Positions 8,881 through 17,679 of a stretch of 35,260 nucleotides of DNA are shown piece after piece (position 1 is the stretch's first letter; every line of letters starts with the position of its first letter). The notes under the pieces are model-generated. The model saw only the letters and a program-made list of their open reading frames with translations, was not told the DNA's origin and ran no database searches. The stretch is taken from positions 1 through 35,260 of the forward strand of contig CAZELH010000003.1 in NCBI GenBank assembly GCA_964513095.1, given 5' to 3'. The DNA is from an uncultured Candidatus Saccharibacteria bacterium (lineage in GTDB: Bacteria; Patescibacteriota; Minisyncoccia; UBA6257; 2-01-FULL-56-20). The position numbers were made by a program, and so were the translations under genes.

Positions 8881-10264
8881 TATCTATCTACACGCTATGT
8901 TTAAAACAATCGCAATTTGGCTTTTATATACGGCACTTTTTTCAATCCTTATTGTTGCCACGGGAACATTCTTTCCATTTATTGGAGGAAAGTATTATTT
9001 TTTTCGAATAGTAACCGAAGCGGCGCTCGCGTGCACGGTATTTTGGTGGGCATTCGAGGCGGAGGCGGGGGAGCTGAAAAAGCGCTTTCAGCACATACGA
9101 AAACAGCCGATCGTAATCGCAGTGACGGGCTTTGTGGCAACATTTTTACTTGCAACGGTATTTGCGCACGATCCGCACGCGGCGTTTTGGTCTAACTTTG
9201 AACGGGGTGAAGGAGGATTTCAGATGCTCCACTACTACACATGGTTTGTGTTGGCCGTATTGTTATTTGATACCGTCAAAGCATGGAAGGAAGTCTTTAT
9301 CGCATCTATTATTGCCGCATCGGGAATGATTTTATATGGCGTGCTTGCCGCGTATGGTCAGCCAGGATTTATCGGGCCGTATGCAAATTCAAAAAACACG
9401 CCGTTAGGAGATATTTTTTCGGGCAACCGGTTCCAAGGATCATTGGGCAATCCGGCATATGTTGCTCCGTACCTTATGTTTGCAATGTTTTACGCGACGT
9501 GGTTGTTTCTTGAAACAAAAGATATCGTAAGACGGTTTGGATACGCACTGTTGACCGGATTTTTCTTTTTGTTTTTTATCCTCTCGCAGACCAAGGGCGG
9601 ATTTATTGGGTTGGCAGTCGCGGTCATTTTTGGATTATTGTTTATTGCATTGAAAAATAAAAAAACTCGCATACCGGCAATCGGTGTGTTGTTGGCGGGT
9701 ATGATTGTATATGGCGGATTGTATAGTATTCGAAAAACACTGACCGAAAAGGATATTCCAGGTGCACGGTTGGTTGATATTAGTTTCTCTTCAGACACAC
9801 TACAGACGCGGGTATGGACATGGGGTTCGGCGTGGAGAGGATTTAAAGAGCGACCACTGTTTGGATGGGGTCCAGAAAACTTTAGCGCTGTCTTTGATAA
9901 ATATTTTGATACTCGTCACTTTAATCCAAATCAATCAACGGAAACATGGTTTGATCGCGCCCATAATGTACTCTTTGATTCTTTGGCAGAGACCGGTTTT
10001 ATTGGTTTTCTTGGGTATTTAGGAATGATTGGAACGCTAATATGGATTGCGTTAAAAAAAGGAGGGGTGGCGACGGCAGACATGTTCTCTAAAAATAGTC
10101 ACAGCATTGCTCACGCGCTGTTAGTCATGCTACCTGTCGGGTATTTTGTACAAGCATTGGCATTGTTTGATGTATTGCCAATATATATAAATGTATTTTT
10201 ATTCGCCGCATTTCTGACAATTCTCGCTATGAATAGCGAAGAAAAAAATCGTCATTCAATATAA
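8870..10264 (+). CDS. O-antigen ligase / Wzy_C family polytopic membrane protein
   Basis: More than 10 hydrophobic helices. Wzy_C-like blocks are present: SQTKGGFIGLAVAVIFGLL, WGSAWRGFKERPLFGWGPENF, DRAHNVLFDSLAETGFIGFLGY. The start is either 8870 (11-nt overlap with rny) or the ATG at 8897. Confidence 0.75.
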   Translation: MRGNIYLHAMFKTIAIWLLYTALFSILIVATGTFFPFIGGKYYFFRIVTEAALACTVFWWAFEAEAGELKKRFQHIRKQPIVIAVTGFVATFLLATVFAHDPHAAFWSNFERGEGGFQMLHYYTWFVLAVLLFDTVKAWKEVFIASIIAASGMILYGVLAAYGQPGFIGPYANSKNTPLGDIFSGNRFQGSLGNPAYVAPYLMFAMFYATWLFLETKDIVRRFGYALLTGFFFLFFILSQTKGGFIGLAVAVIFGLLFIALKNKKTRIPAIGVLLAGMIVYGGLYSIRKTLTEKDIPGARLVDISFSSDTLQTRVWTWGSAWRGFKERPLFGWGPENFSAVFDKYFDTRHFNPNQSTETWFDRAHNVLFDSLAETGFIGFLGYLGMIGTLIWIALKKGGVATADMFSKNSHSIAHALLVMLPVGYFVQALALFDVLPIYINVFLFAAFLTILAMNSEEKNRHSI

Positions 10265-10269
10265 AATTT

Positions 10270-10893
10270 ATGAAATCAGAAATAAAAAAAATAATTAGTT
10301 TTGTAGTCGCTCTTATTTTGGCAAGCGTTGCATATTATGGATCGTATTTACCCTATGCAAAATCAAGTGGATTTATCACCGTGCTTGGTCCTCAAGGTAT
10401 AAAAAGCGCGCATACGCTCGCTGAATTTGAAAACGTGTTAGCACCAGCACTTGACGCTCCTTCACCTATTGGACAAGAGGAATTGGTTCGAAATGTTGCC
10501 AGTATTGTATTGAATGTTATTCAAACGAACGGTCAACAGGCAGAAGTAACAAAAGAACTTATTCGATTCTTACGATCATATTTTGATCCAATTATCGCCC
10601 GAGAAAAGGGTATGAGTTTTTTGCAAGACACCTATGTGCTTGGTCTTATTCACACAACCGCCTATGACAAAACTGGTGATAAAAAATATCTTGCAGACGC
10701 CAGATATTATTTTGAATTGAGTCAAAAATTAGGCGAAGACAGACCGCAGACGCTCTACGGGTTGTTCGGTATTTATAAAGCGCAAGGAGAAAAACAAAAA
10801 GCCATTGAAGTCGGAGAACGTATTGTGCGTTTATGGCCAACCGATGCGCGTACCGCTCAATTGTTGGCACAGTTGAAACAAGAAAAGAAATAA
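10270..10893 (+). CDS. Membrane-anchored TPR-like repeat protein
   Basis: N-terminal TM anchor (IISFVVALILASVAYYG). C-terminal TPR-like helices (YYFELSQKLGEDRPQTLYGLFGIYKAQGEKQKAIEVGERIVRLWP). It starts 5 nt after the ligase-like gene. Confidence 0.55.
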   Translation: MKSEIKKIISFVVALILASVAYYGSYLPYAKSSGFITVLGPQGIKSAHTLAEFENVLAPALDAPSPIGQEELVRNVASIVLNVIQTNGQQAEVTKELIRFLRSYFDPIIAREKGMSFLQDTYVLGLIHTTAYDKTGDKKYLADARYYFELSQKLGEDRPQTLYGLFGIYKAQGEKQKAIEVGERIVRLWPTDARTAQLLAQLKQEKK

Positions 10894-10932
10894 AAGATTT
10901 ACAAACGGATAGTTTTTTGATTGAGTAAAGAA

Positions 10933-11955
10933 ATGAAAAAAGCCTTAATTACCGGCATAACCGGTCAGGATGGCTCATATCTTGCGGAACTCCTTCTTTC
11001 AAAAGGATATGAAGTCCACGGGGTTATTCGACGATCATCGACGTTTAACACAGGGCGCATTAATCATCTCTATCAAAGTCCACAAACACAGGACAAAAAA
11101 TTGACACTGCATTTCGGTGATCTTGCGGATGGAAACACCTTTCGAAAATTGCTGTATAAGATAGAACCGGATGAAATTTACAATCTTGGAGCCCAATCTC
11201 ATGTACGGGTGAGTTTTGACATCCCCGAATACACCGCCGAAATTACCGGAGTCGGCACGTTGCGCATTTTGGAAGCCATTAAAGACTATCAAGAATATAC
11301 CGGTACGATTGTTAAATTTTATCAAGCATCAAGTTCGGAAATGTTTGGTTCTGCTCCTGCTCCACAAAACGAAGAAACGAAATTTCACCCCCGAAGCCCC
11401 TATGGCGTAGCAAAGGCATTTGCCTATTATGCAACGCAAAACTACCGTGAGTCATACGGATTATTTGCGGTGAATGGAATTTTGTTTAATCACGAATCAG
11501 AGCGTCGCGGAGAGACATTTGTAACAAAAAAAATTACACACGGGATCGCAAAAATTATAAAAGGGTTAGAAAAGAAAATTCATTTGGGAAATTTAGAGGC
11601 ACGACGTGATTGGGGATACGCACCAGAGTACGTAGAAGCGATGTGGTTAATGCTTCAGCAAGCCACGCCAGATGATTTTGTCATAGGAACCGGTCAAACA
11701 CACTCAATCAAAGATTTTTTAACAAAAGCATTCGCCACAGTGGACATTTTAGACTGGAAGCAGTACATAGAAATTGATCCGCGGTATTTTCGCCCCGCCG
11801 AAGTCGAAAATTTAATCGCGGATGCTTCGAAGGCAAAAAATATTTTACAGTGGGAACCCAAGGTAATGCTCGATGGATTGGTTGCGCGCATGATGAAACA
11901 CGATTTAAAACAACACAATCTTCACGAATATGCGAATCGAATTACAATAATATAA
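10933..11955 (+). CDS. gmd: GDP-mannose 4,6-dehydratase
   Basis: [57 protein letters not shown]. The track start at 10921 is TTG; the ATG at 10933 matches canonical Gmd N-termini. Confidence 0.9.
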   Translation: MKKALITGITGQDGSYLAELLLSKGYEVHGVIRRSSTFNTGRINHLYQSPQTQDKKLTLHFGDLADGNTFRKLLYKIEPDEIYNLGAQSHVRVSFDIPEYTAEITGVGTLRILEAIKDYQEYTGTIVKFYQASSSEMFGSAPAPQNEETKFHPRSPYGVAKAFAYYATQNYRESYGLFAVNGILFNHESERRGETFVTKKITHGIAKIIKGLEKKIHLGNLEARRDWGYAPEYVEAMWLMLQQATPDDFVIGTGQTHSIKDFLTKAFATVDILDWKQYIEIDPRYFRPAEVENLIADASKAKNILQWEPKVMLDGLVARMMKHDLKQHNLHEYANRITII

Positions 11956-11973
11956 TCAGTAATAAAAATATAG

Positions 11974-12915
11974 ATGGATATAAGAAACAAAAAAATTCTT
12001 CTGACGGGCGGCAGTGGTTTTCTAGGCACATATGTCATAAAAAAGTTACAAGAACACGGAGTAGGGAGAGATAATATAACCATTCCGCGCTCAAAGGAAT
12101 GCGATTTACGTTTGTGGGAAGAGTGCCAAAAAGCGGTACAGGGACAAGATATTGTGATTCATCTCGCGGCGAAAGTCGGAGGAATTGGGTTTAATCGCGA
12201 ACATCCTGCAGAATTATTCTATGACAATCTGATGATGGGAACGCAGTTGATGGAAGCGGCACGGCAAGCACAAATAGAAAAATTCGTAGCGGTTGGCACT
12301 ATTTGCGCGTACCCAAAATTTGCGCCAGTACCATTCAAAGAAGATGACCTGTGGAATGGATATCCCGAAGAAACAAATGCCCCATACGGGTTAGCCAAAA
12401 AAATGATGCTCGTGCAAGCGCAGGCGTATCGAGCACAATATGGATATAACGCCATCTACGTATTACCAGTAAATTTGTATGGACCGGGAGATAATTTTGA
12501 TCCCCAAAGCTCCCACGTCATTCCCGCATTGATTAAAAAAGTTGTTGAAGCCAAAGAGCAAAATTCACCGCACGTAGAGGTGTGGGGGACGGGTATCGCT
12601 ACCCGCGAGTTTTTGTATGTTGAAGATGCCGCAGATGCAATCGTGAAAGCAACAATGGGGTATGATAACTCAGAACCGGTGAACATCGGTTCAGGTTCCG
12701 AAATTTCCATAAAAGAGTTGGTTTACGTAATCAAGGAGGGGGTAGGGTATGAAGGGGAGATTGTATGGGATACAACAAAACCCGACGGACAACCACGTCG
12801 AATGCTTGATACGAGTCGAGCAGAAAAAGAGTTTGGATTTAAGGCCAAAACCAGTTTGAAAGAGGGAATCCGAAAAACAATCGATTTTTATCGAGAACAC
12901 TATCATAAAGTATGA
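11974..12915 (+). CDS. fcl: GDP-L-fucose synthase (GDP-4-keto-6-deoxymannose 3,5-epimerase/4-reductase)
   Basis: [48 protein letters not shown]. It lies directly downstream of gmd. Confidence 0.85.
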   Translation: MDIRNKKILLTGGSGFLGTYVIKKLQEHGVGRDNITIPRSKECDLRLWEECQKAVQGQDIVIHLAAKVGGIGFNREHPAELFYDNLMMGTQLMEAARQAQIEKFVAVGTICAYPKFAPVPFKEDDLWNGYPEETNAPYGLAKKMMLVQAQAYRAQYGYNAIYVLPVNLYGPGDNFDPQSSHVIPALIKKVVEAKEQNSPHVEVWGTGIATREFLYVEDAADAIVKATMGYDNSEPVNIGSGSEISIKELVYVIKEGVGYEGEIVWDTTKPDGQPRRMLDTSRAEKEFGFKAKTSLKEGIRKTIDFYREHYHKV

Positions 12916-13808
12916 TCACTATTTTTTTACGAGGAGGATTGGGAAATCAAATGTTCCAATACGCACGGGCAGTACATCTGGCAAAAAAATACAGCACTTC
13001 GTTGGTCGTGGATACAGTGTACTTGCAAGATCGTACACCTTTGAGAAATATTACATATCGAGGTTATGACCTTGATATTTTTATGATTGAGCCAGAGTTT
13101 TCCACTCTTTCTCGCATTGCACGAACGATTCCCATCCCCTTGGTCTGGTTGGGTGTAGATGTGGTAATCAGCGCCGTTCAGGATTTCATGGGTATAAAAA
13201 AATGGGTATCAGAAAGAAGTGAACGATTCGGTAGTGGGGTATCGCCACTATCCGGAAATATATTTTTAGCAGGATTTTGGCAATCAGAAAAGTATTTCAA
13301 AGAGAGTACGGATGAGATACGAAAAGCATTTCAGTTCAAGATACCCCTCTCGGGCGAGGCAATGCAGTTAGGAGAAAAAATAAAAACAACAAATTCAGTA
13401 TCGCTCCACGTGCGCCGAGGCGACTATGCCACAGACAAAAAAGTGATAAAAGATATGGGGGAGACAAATCTTTCCTACTATCAACACGCCACAACCACTA
13501 TTGCACAACAGGTGGATAACCCAGAGTTTTTTGTATTTTCTGACGATATTGACTGGTGTCGGGAGCATCTCTCGCTTCCATTTCCTGTAACCTACGTATC
13601 CGCTTCATCCGCTGGGCCAAAGGCGAGTCACCACCTACAACTGATGTCTTTGTGTAAACACAACATCATCACCAATAGCACCTTTTCATGGTGGGGAGCA
13701 TGGCTCAACAATAACCCCCAAAAAATCGTAATTGCCCCAAAACGCTGGTATGCCGATGGTCGTGGAGGAGAGGAAGATATTATCCCACAGGAGTGGATAA
13801 AAATGTAA
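12912..13808 (+). CDS. GT11-family alpha-1,2-fucosyltransferase
   Basis: GT11 signature blocks are present: [34 protein letters not shown]. It has an ATGA start/stop overlap with fcl. Confidence 0.8.
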   Translation: MITIFLRGGLGNQMFQYARAVHLAKKYSTSLVVDTVYLQDRTPLRNITYRGYDLDIFMIEPEFSTLSRIARTIPIPLVWLGVDVVISAVQDFMGIKKWVSERSERFGSGVSPLSGNIFLAGFWQSEKYFKESTDEIRKAFQFKIPLSGEAMQLGEKIKTTNSVSLHVRRGDYATDKKVIKDMGETNLSYYQHATTTIAQQVDNPEFFVFSDDIDWCREHLSLPFPVTYVSASSAGPKASHHLQLMSLCKHNIITNSTFSWWGAWLNNNPQKIVIAPKRWYADGRGGEEDIIPQEWIKM

Positions 13809-13848
13809 AAAGAGAGTATTCCAGCAAGAGGAGAATAGGCAAAAATGC

Positions 13849-13876
13849 TTGCATCGATGGAGGAAAGGAATATAAT
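13849..13876 (+). promoter_or_regulatory. Candidate internal promoter (TTGCAT-16 nt-TATAAT)
   Basis: TTGCAT (13849-13854), 16-nt spacer, consensus TATAAT (13871-13876). It lies 15 nt upstream of the ATG at 13892. Confidence 0.4.
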
Positions 13877-13891
13877 TATGGCATCAATAAG

Positions 13892-14893
13892 ATGATGAAA
13901 AAAGCCACAGTATTGGTAACGGGAGGAGCGGGTTTTATCGGAGCGCATGTCGCTGAAGAATTGATTAAGCAGGGGAAGCGAGTGGTAGTGCTTGATGATT
14001 TATCAGGCGGATACAAAGAAAATATTCCTAAAAAAGCAATTTTTGTAAAAGGAAGTACGGGAAATCATAAGCTCATAACCTCATTATTTAAAAAATATAA
14101 ATTTAAGTATGTCTATCACCTTGCCGCCTATGCGGCAGAGGGCTTAAGTCATTTCATTAGAAGATTTAATTACGAAAACAACTTAATTGGAAGCATCAAC
14201 CTGATAAACGCATCGGTAAATCATGGCGTTGAGTGTTTTGTGTTCACCTCTTCGATCGCGGTATATGGCAAAAACCAGCTGCCAATGAGAGAAGATTTGG
14301 TTCCTGCGCCAGAAGATCCATACGGAGTTTCAAAATACGCCGTTGAACTGGATTTAAAAGCCGCGCATGAAATGTTTGGTCTTAATCATATTATCTTTCG
14401 TCCGCATAATGTGTACGGAGAAAAACAAAACATCTGGGATAAATACAGAAACGTGATCGGTATATTTATTAGAAAAGCCCTCAAAGGGGAGCCGTTGACT
14501 ATCTTTGGTGATGGGAAACAGACTCGGGCTTTCACGTACATAAAAGATGTCGCCCCACTAATCGCAAAATCTCCCGAAATAAAAGAAGCGTACAATGAAG
14601 TCTTTAACATCGGTGCGCACCAACCATACACGGTAAAAGAACTAGCGGAACACGTAAAAAGAATTATTGAGTCTCCAAGCGAAGTGCAGTACCTCCCTCC
14701 AAGAAACGAGGTAATGCACGCGCATTCAGATCATAAAAAGCTAAAAAAGTTCTTTCGATACGAACCTCAATACGACCTAGTCTACGGATTAAAAAATATG
14801 ATCGAGTGGGTAAAAAAAGAGAAAAAACGTACAACGAAGATATTTAAGAACTTAGAAACAACCAAAAATATCCCCGCTATTTGGATGAAATAA
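13892..14893 (+). CDS. NAD-dependent sugar-nucleotide epimerase/dehydratase (extended SDR)
   Basis: MMKKATVLVTGGAGFIGAHV Rossmann motif, and catalytic YGVSKYAVE (YxxxK). The track start at 13793 would add 33 non-SDR residues and would span the candidate promoter. Confidence 0.8.
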   Translation: MMKKATVLVTGGAGFIGAHVAEELIKQGKRVVVLDDLSGGYKENIPKKAIFVKGSTGNHKLITSLFKKYKFKYVYHLAAYAAEGLSHFIRRFNYENNLIGSINLINASVNHGVECFVFTSSIAVYGKNQLPMREDLVPAPEDPYGVSKYAVELDLKAAHEMFGLNHIIFRPHNVYGEKQNIWDKYRNVIGIFIRKALKGEPLTIFGDGKQTRAFTYIKDVAPLIAKSPEIKEAYNEVFNIGAHQPYTVKELAEHVKRIIESPSEVQYLPPRNEVMHAHSDHKKLKKFFRYEPQYDLVYGLKNMIEWVKKEKKRTTKIFKNLETTKNIPAIWMK

Positions 14894-14905
14894 AAAGAAC
14901 CCCCT

Positions 14906-15682
14906 ATGTTTATCAATAAGGTATTTTCGTACTATGCAAAAAGTTACTATAAAGCTGCCGCGCAACGCGAAACAGCCAGAACGGCGATTAATGCCATAAA
15001 AAATATCTCATCGAACAATAAGGAAGGTTCGGATAAAACGTATCAAAAAATCAAAAAAATAATCATCAAATTTTTTATTGGCTCGTGGTATTGGCCAAGC
15101 ACCTATCCAACAGCAATCGATCCTCCAACGGGAGAATTCCTCTACTCGCTGGTAAAGTTACTCTATCCACAAACAGTGGTGGAAATAGGCACTTACAAAG
15201 GCAATGCCGCTATAGCGATCGGTCAGGCGCTTGAAGATAACAAAAAGGGACTACTCTACACGATTGACCCCTTTGAGCAGGAATTGGTGAAAACGGCAAT
15301 AAAAAAATCAAAATTACAAAAGAGAATACAGTATAGTATTGGCTATTCGCACAAAGTAATTCCAACGCTTGGATTGAAAAAAATCGATATGGCATTCATA
15401 GACGGGGATCATTCGTATGAAAGCGTGAAAAAAGATATTGAACTGGTAGATGGATACATACCAAAAGGCGGAGTAGTTGTTTTTCACGACGTCCTTATCG
15501 ACACGAGTCAAGGATTTGATGGTCCGCGCAGAGTAATTGCCGAGTTGAGGGATTCGAATAAATGGGACGTAAGTGTATACGCAACAGAGGTTGGGGTTGG
15601 AGCAGAAAATAACAAGGTATGCTTAAGAAATCAAACAAAACAATTTACACCAGTCGGAATCGCGGTATGTAGTAAAAGATAA
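14906..15682 (+). CDS. Class I SAM-dependent methyltransferase (Methyltransf_24 / O-MT family-3-like)
   Basis: VVEIGTYKGNAAIAIGQAL (motif I), then IDGDHSYESVKKDIE and GGVVVFHD. Confidence 0.7.
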   Translation: MFINKVFSYYAKSYYKAAAQRETARTAINAIKNISSNNKEGSDKTYQKIKKIIIKFFIGSWYWPSTYPTAIDPPTGEFLYSLVKLLYPQTVVEIGTYKGNAAIAIGQALEDNKKGLLYTIDPFEQELVKTAIKKSKLQKRIQYSIGYSHKVIPTLGLKKIDMAFIDGDHSYESVKKDIELVDGYIPKGGVVVFHDVLIDTSQGFDGPRRVIAELRDSNKWDVSVYATEVGVGAENNKVCLRNQTKQFTPVGIAVCSKR

Positions 15683-15684
15683 CC

Positions 15685-16602
15685 ATGAATTGCGCTATTT
15701 GCCACTCATCAAATGTCGGTGTCGGACAAAAGAAGGGAATATACACCCTACAACGCTGTCGCGCGTGCGGAGTTGAATTTTGGGATCCCCTGCAACATCC
15801 CGGAGAAGAATTTTATGAAACGAGCGACCTCCACGACATAAAAGGAAGGAGAGATCTGCAGTGGCGCCATCGACAATTTTTAAAAAACCCACCACTGGCA
15901 AGGGGGAGATTGTTAGACATCGGTTGTGGTACCGGTGAATTTTTGATGCACTGTAAGAAAAAAGGATTTGAAGTATTTGGTATTGATATCGCCGCGCGAA
16001 ACATTGAAGAGACTAAAAAAAGATACGGAATTAATTCGCTGTACCAAGGAACGATAAAGGATTTTGTAGCAACAAATAATCAAACAAAATTTGATATCAT
16101 AACGTTTTTTGAAATCGTAGAGCATTTAGCTGATCCCATTGATTTTATAAATGATGTAAAAAAAGTATTAAAACCGGGGGGGTACATCGTTATTACTGTT
16201 CCTAACGCAGCTCGATTCGGGGGATTAAAAGAAAAGGAAGAGAACCCGCCAAACCATCTGTTTCAGTGGCGAAAAAATCCGTTACGATTATTTTTACATC
16301 AAGAAGGTTTTACTGCTGTTACTGTAGAAGAGCAAAAAATATCCTATGAGTTTTTTTTGGTGCGGGGGTACTTCAGTTTTGGGGTTGCGGGAAAAATGAT
16401 ACAAAAAGGGGGCAGCGCGCCGATGGACAAAAAGGCTTCCGTGGATAATCCAATAAAGAAATTAATTCGAATGGGCGCCGGCTACAAAAATAAAATTGCC
16501 GTTCCGATAGCGGCCATATTAGCATTCCCGCTTCGATTAGCAGGGTGTAAATATTGGGATATGTACGCAACGGCACAGTACAATCCACCCCAAAATAAAT
16601 GA
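15685..16602 (+). CDS. Class I SAM-dependent methyltransferase with N-terminal CxxC...CxxC zinc ribbon
   Basis: MNCAICHS...CRACG, followed by LLDIGCGTGEF (motif I), FFEIVEHLADP and LKPGGYIVITVPN. It has a hydrophobic C-terminal tail. Confidence 0.75.
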   Translation: MNCAICHSSNVGVGQKKGIYTLQRCRACGVEFWDPLQHPGEEFYETSDLHDIKGRRDLQWRHRQFLKNPPLARGRLLDIGCGTGEFLMHCKKKGFEVFGIDIAARNIEETKKRYGINSLYQGTIKDFVATNNQTKFDIITFFEIVEHLADPIDFINDVKKVLKPGGYIVITVPNAARFGGLKEKEENPPNHLFQWRKNPLRLFLHQEGFTAVTVEEQKISYEFFLVRGYFSFGVAGKMIQKGGSAPMDKKASVDNPIKKLIRMGAGYKNKIAVPIAAILAFPLRLAGCKYWDMYATAQYNPPQNK

Positions 16603-17675
16603 TTATAAATTTTACATTACTTGGCGCAAAGCTCACGGGAGGGAGCTTTAATCTGATGGAGGTTGCGCATCGCCTTGGAGAACGTGGCCACAGCATTACC
16701 GTTACCACAACAGGAGAGGCGCGCGATCTTGATTGGTTTGCCCAAACCCGCACACCAGCCTTTAAAATCAACATCACGCCCCTCTCTGGCAGATTGGTGT
16801 ATAGACTGTATCGGCGCGCTTTAAAAGGAACGATCCTCACTCCTTTTCCCGACGTTGAAATAAAAGATCTGATGCGAAGTATTCCGGTGTGCGATATAAA
16901 CATTGCAACGACGTGGCCAACCGCATTTTCGGTTTTTAGAAGTGGAAAAGGAGTACCGTTCTATTATTTTCAGCACCTTGATTCACTTTTTTCAAAAGAC
17001 AGCATTAGCAATGCAAGACATGATGAGGCGCTCTATCTGCCAATGAAAAAATATGTATGTTCGACATGGCTCAAAGAACGGGCGGAGGAACGATTAAAGA
17101 TTTCAGTACAAGGAGTATTGACTGCCGGTATTGATAAGACCGTGTATAAATCACAACCCCATCAAAATAAAAAAATAAAAATATTATCCTTGGGAAGAAA
17201 AGTGGATTGGAAGGGGTTTGGCGAACTTCAGCAGGCGATGGCCGCACTCTATAAAAAAAATAAAAATATTGAATGGCTTGTGTATTCATCCCATGACACA
17301 CCAGAATCAACTGCGGAGGCGCCATTTACGTTGGTAAAATCGCCCTATGGTAAACAATTAGCCGATCTGTACGCGCAGTGCGACATTTTGGTAAATCCTT
17401 CATGGCACGAAGGTTTCGCGCAACCCGCCCTTGAAGGAATGGCATCGGGATGCGCGGTCATAACGACTCCCTATGGGGCAGAAGATTTTGCGCAAGATAA
17501 AAAAAACTGCATTCTCATTCCACCAAAAAACAGCGTGGCGATAGAAAACGCGATTCAATCATTACTCGATGATTCCTCACGAAGACAGCAGATAGCTGCC
17601 GGTGGACTAGAAACTGCCCAGCATTTCTATTGGGACGCGATCATCGATCAATGGGAAAAAGTACTCACAAAATAA
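16599..17675 (+). CDS. GT4-family glycosyltransferase (GT-B fold)
   Basis: It has the EX7E-type C-terminal block SWHEGFAQPALEGMASGCAVITT and an N-terminal GGSFNLMEVAHRLGERGH. ATGA overlap with the upstream gene. Confidence 0.8.
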   Translation: MIINFTLLGAKLTGGSFNLMEVAHRLGERGHSITVTTTGEARDLDWFAQTRTPAFKINITPLSGRLVYRLYRRALKGTILTPFPDVEIKDLMRSIPVCDINIATTWPTAFSVFRSGKGVPFYYFQHLDSLFSKDSISNARHDEALYLPMKKYVCSTWLKERAEERLKISVQGVLTAGIDKTVYKSQPHQNKKIKILSLGRKVDWKGFGELQQAMAALYKKNKNIEWLVYSSHDTPESTAEAPFTLVKSPYGKQLADLYAQCDILVNPSWHEGFAQPALEGMASGCAVITTPYGAEDFAQDKKNCILIPPKNSVAIENAIQSLLDDSSRRQQIAAGGLETAQHFYWDAIIDQWEKVLTK

Positions 17676-17679
17676 ACAT

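Noticed and set aside
13878-13895. Five-codon mini-ORF (ATG GCA TCA ATA AGA TGA) whose stop overlaps the SDR start codon at 13892.
   Set aside because: Its ATG lies 1 nt after the candidate -10 box, so it would be upstream of the likely transcription start. Nothing supports translation.
16373-16903. 176-aa antisense ORF spanning the methyltransferase/GT4 junction. Similar antisense ORFs occur at 20018-20449 (143 aa) and 24463-24912 (149 aa).
   Set aside because: They are antisense to strongly supported enzymes, have no recognisable motifs and lack promoter or SD context. Long antisense frames are expected occasionally opposite real genes.
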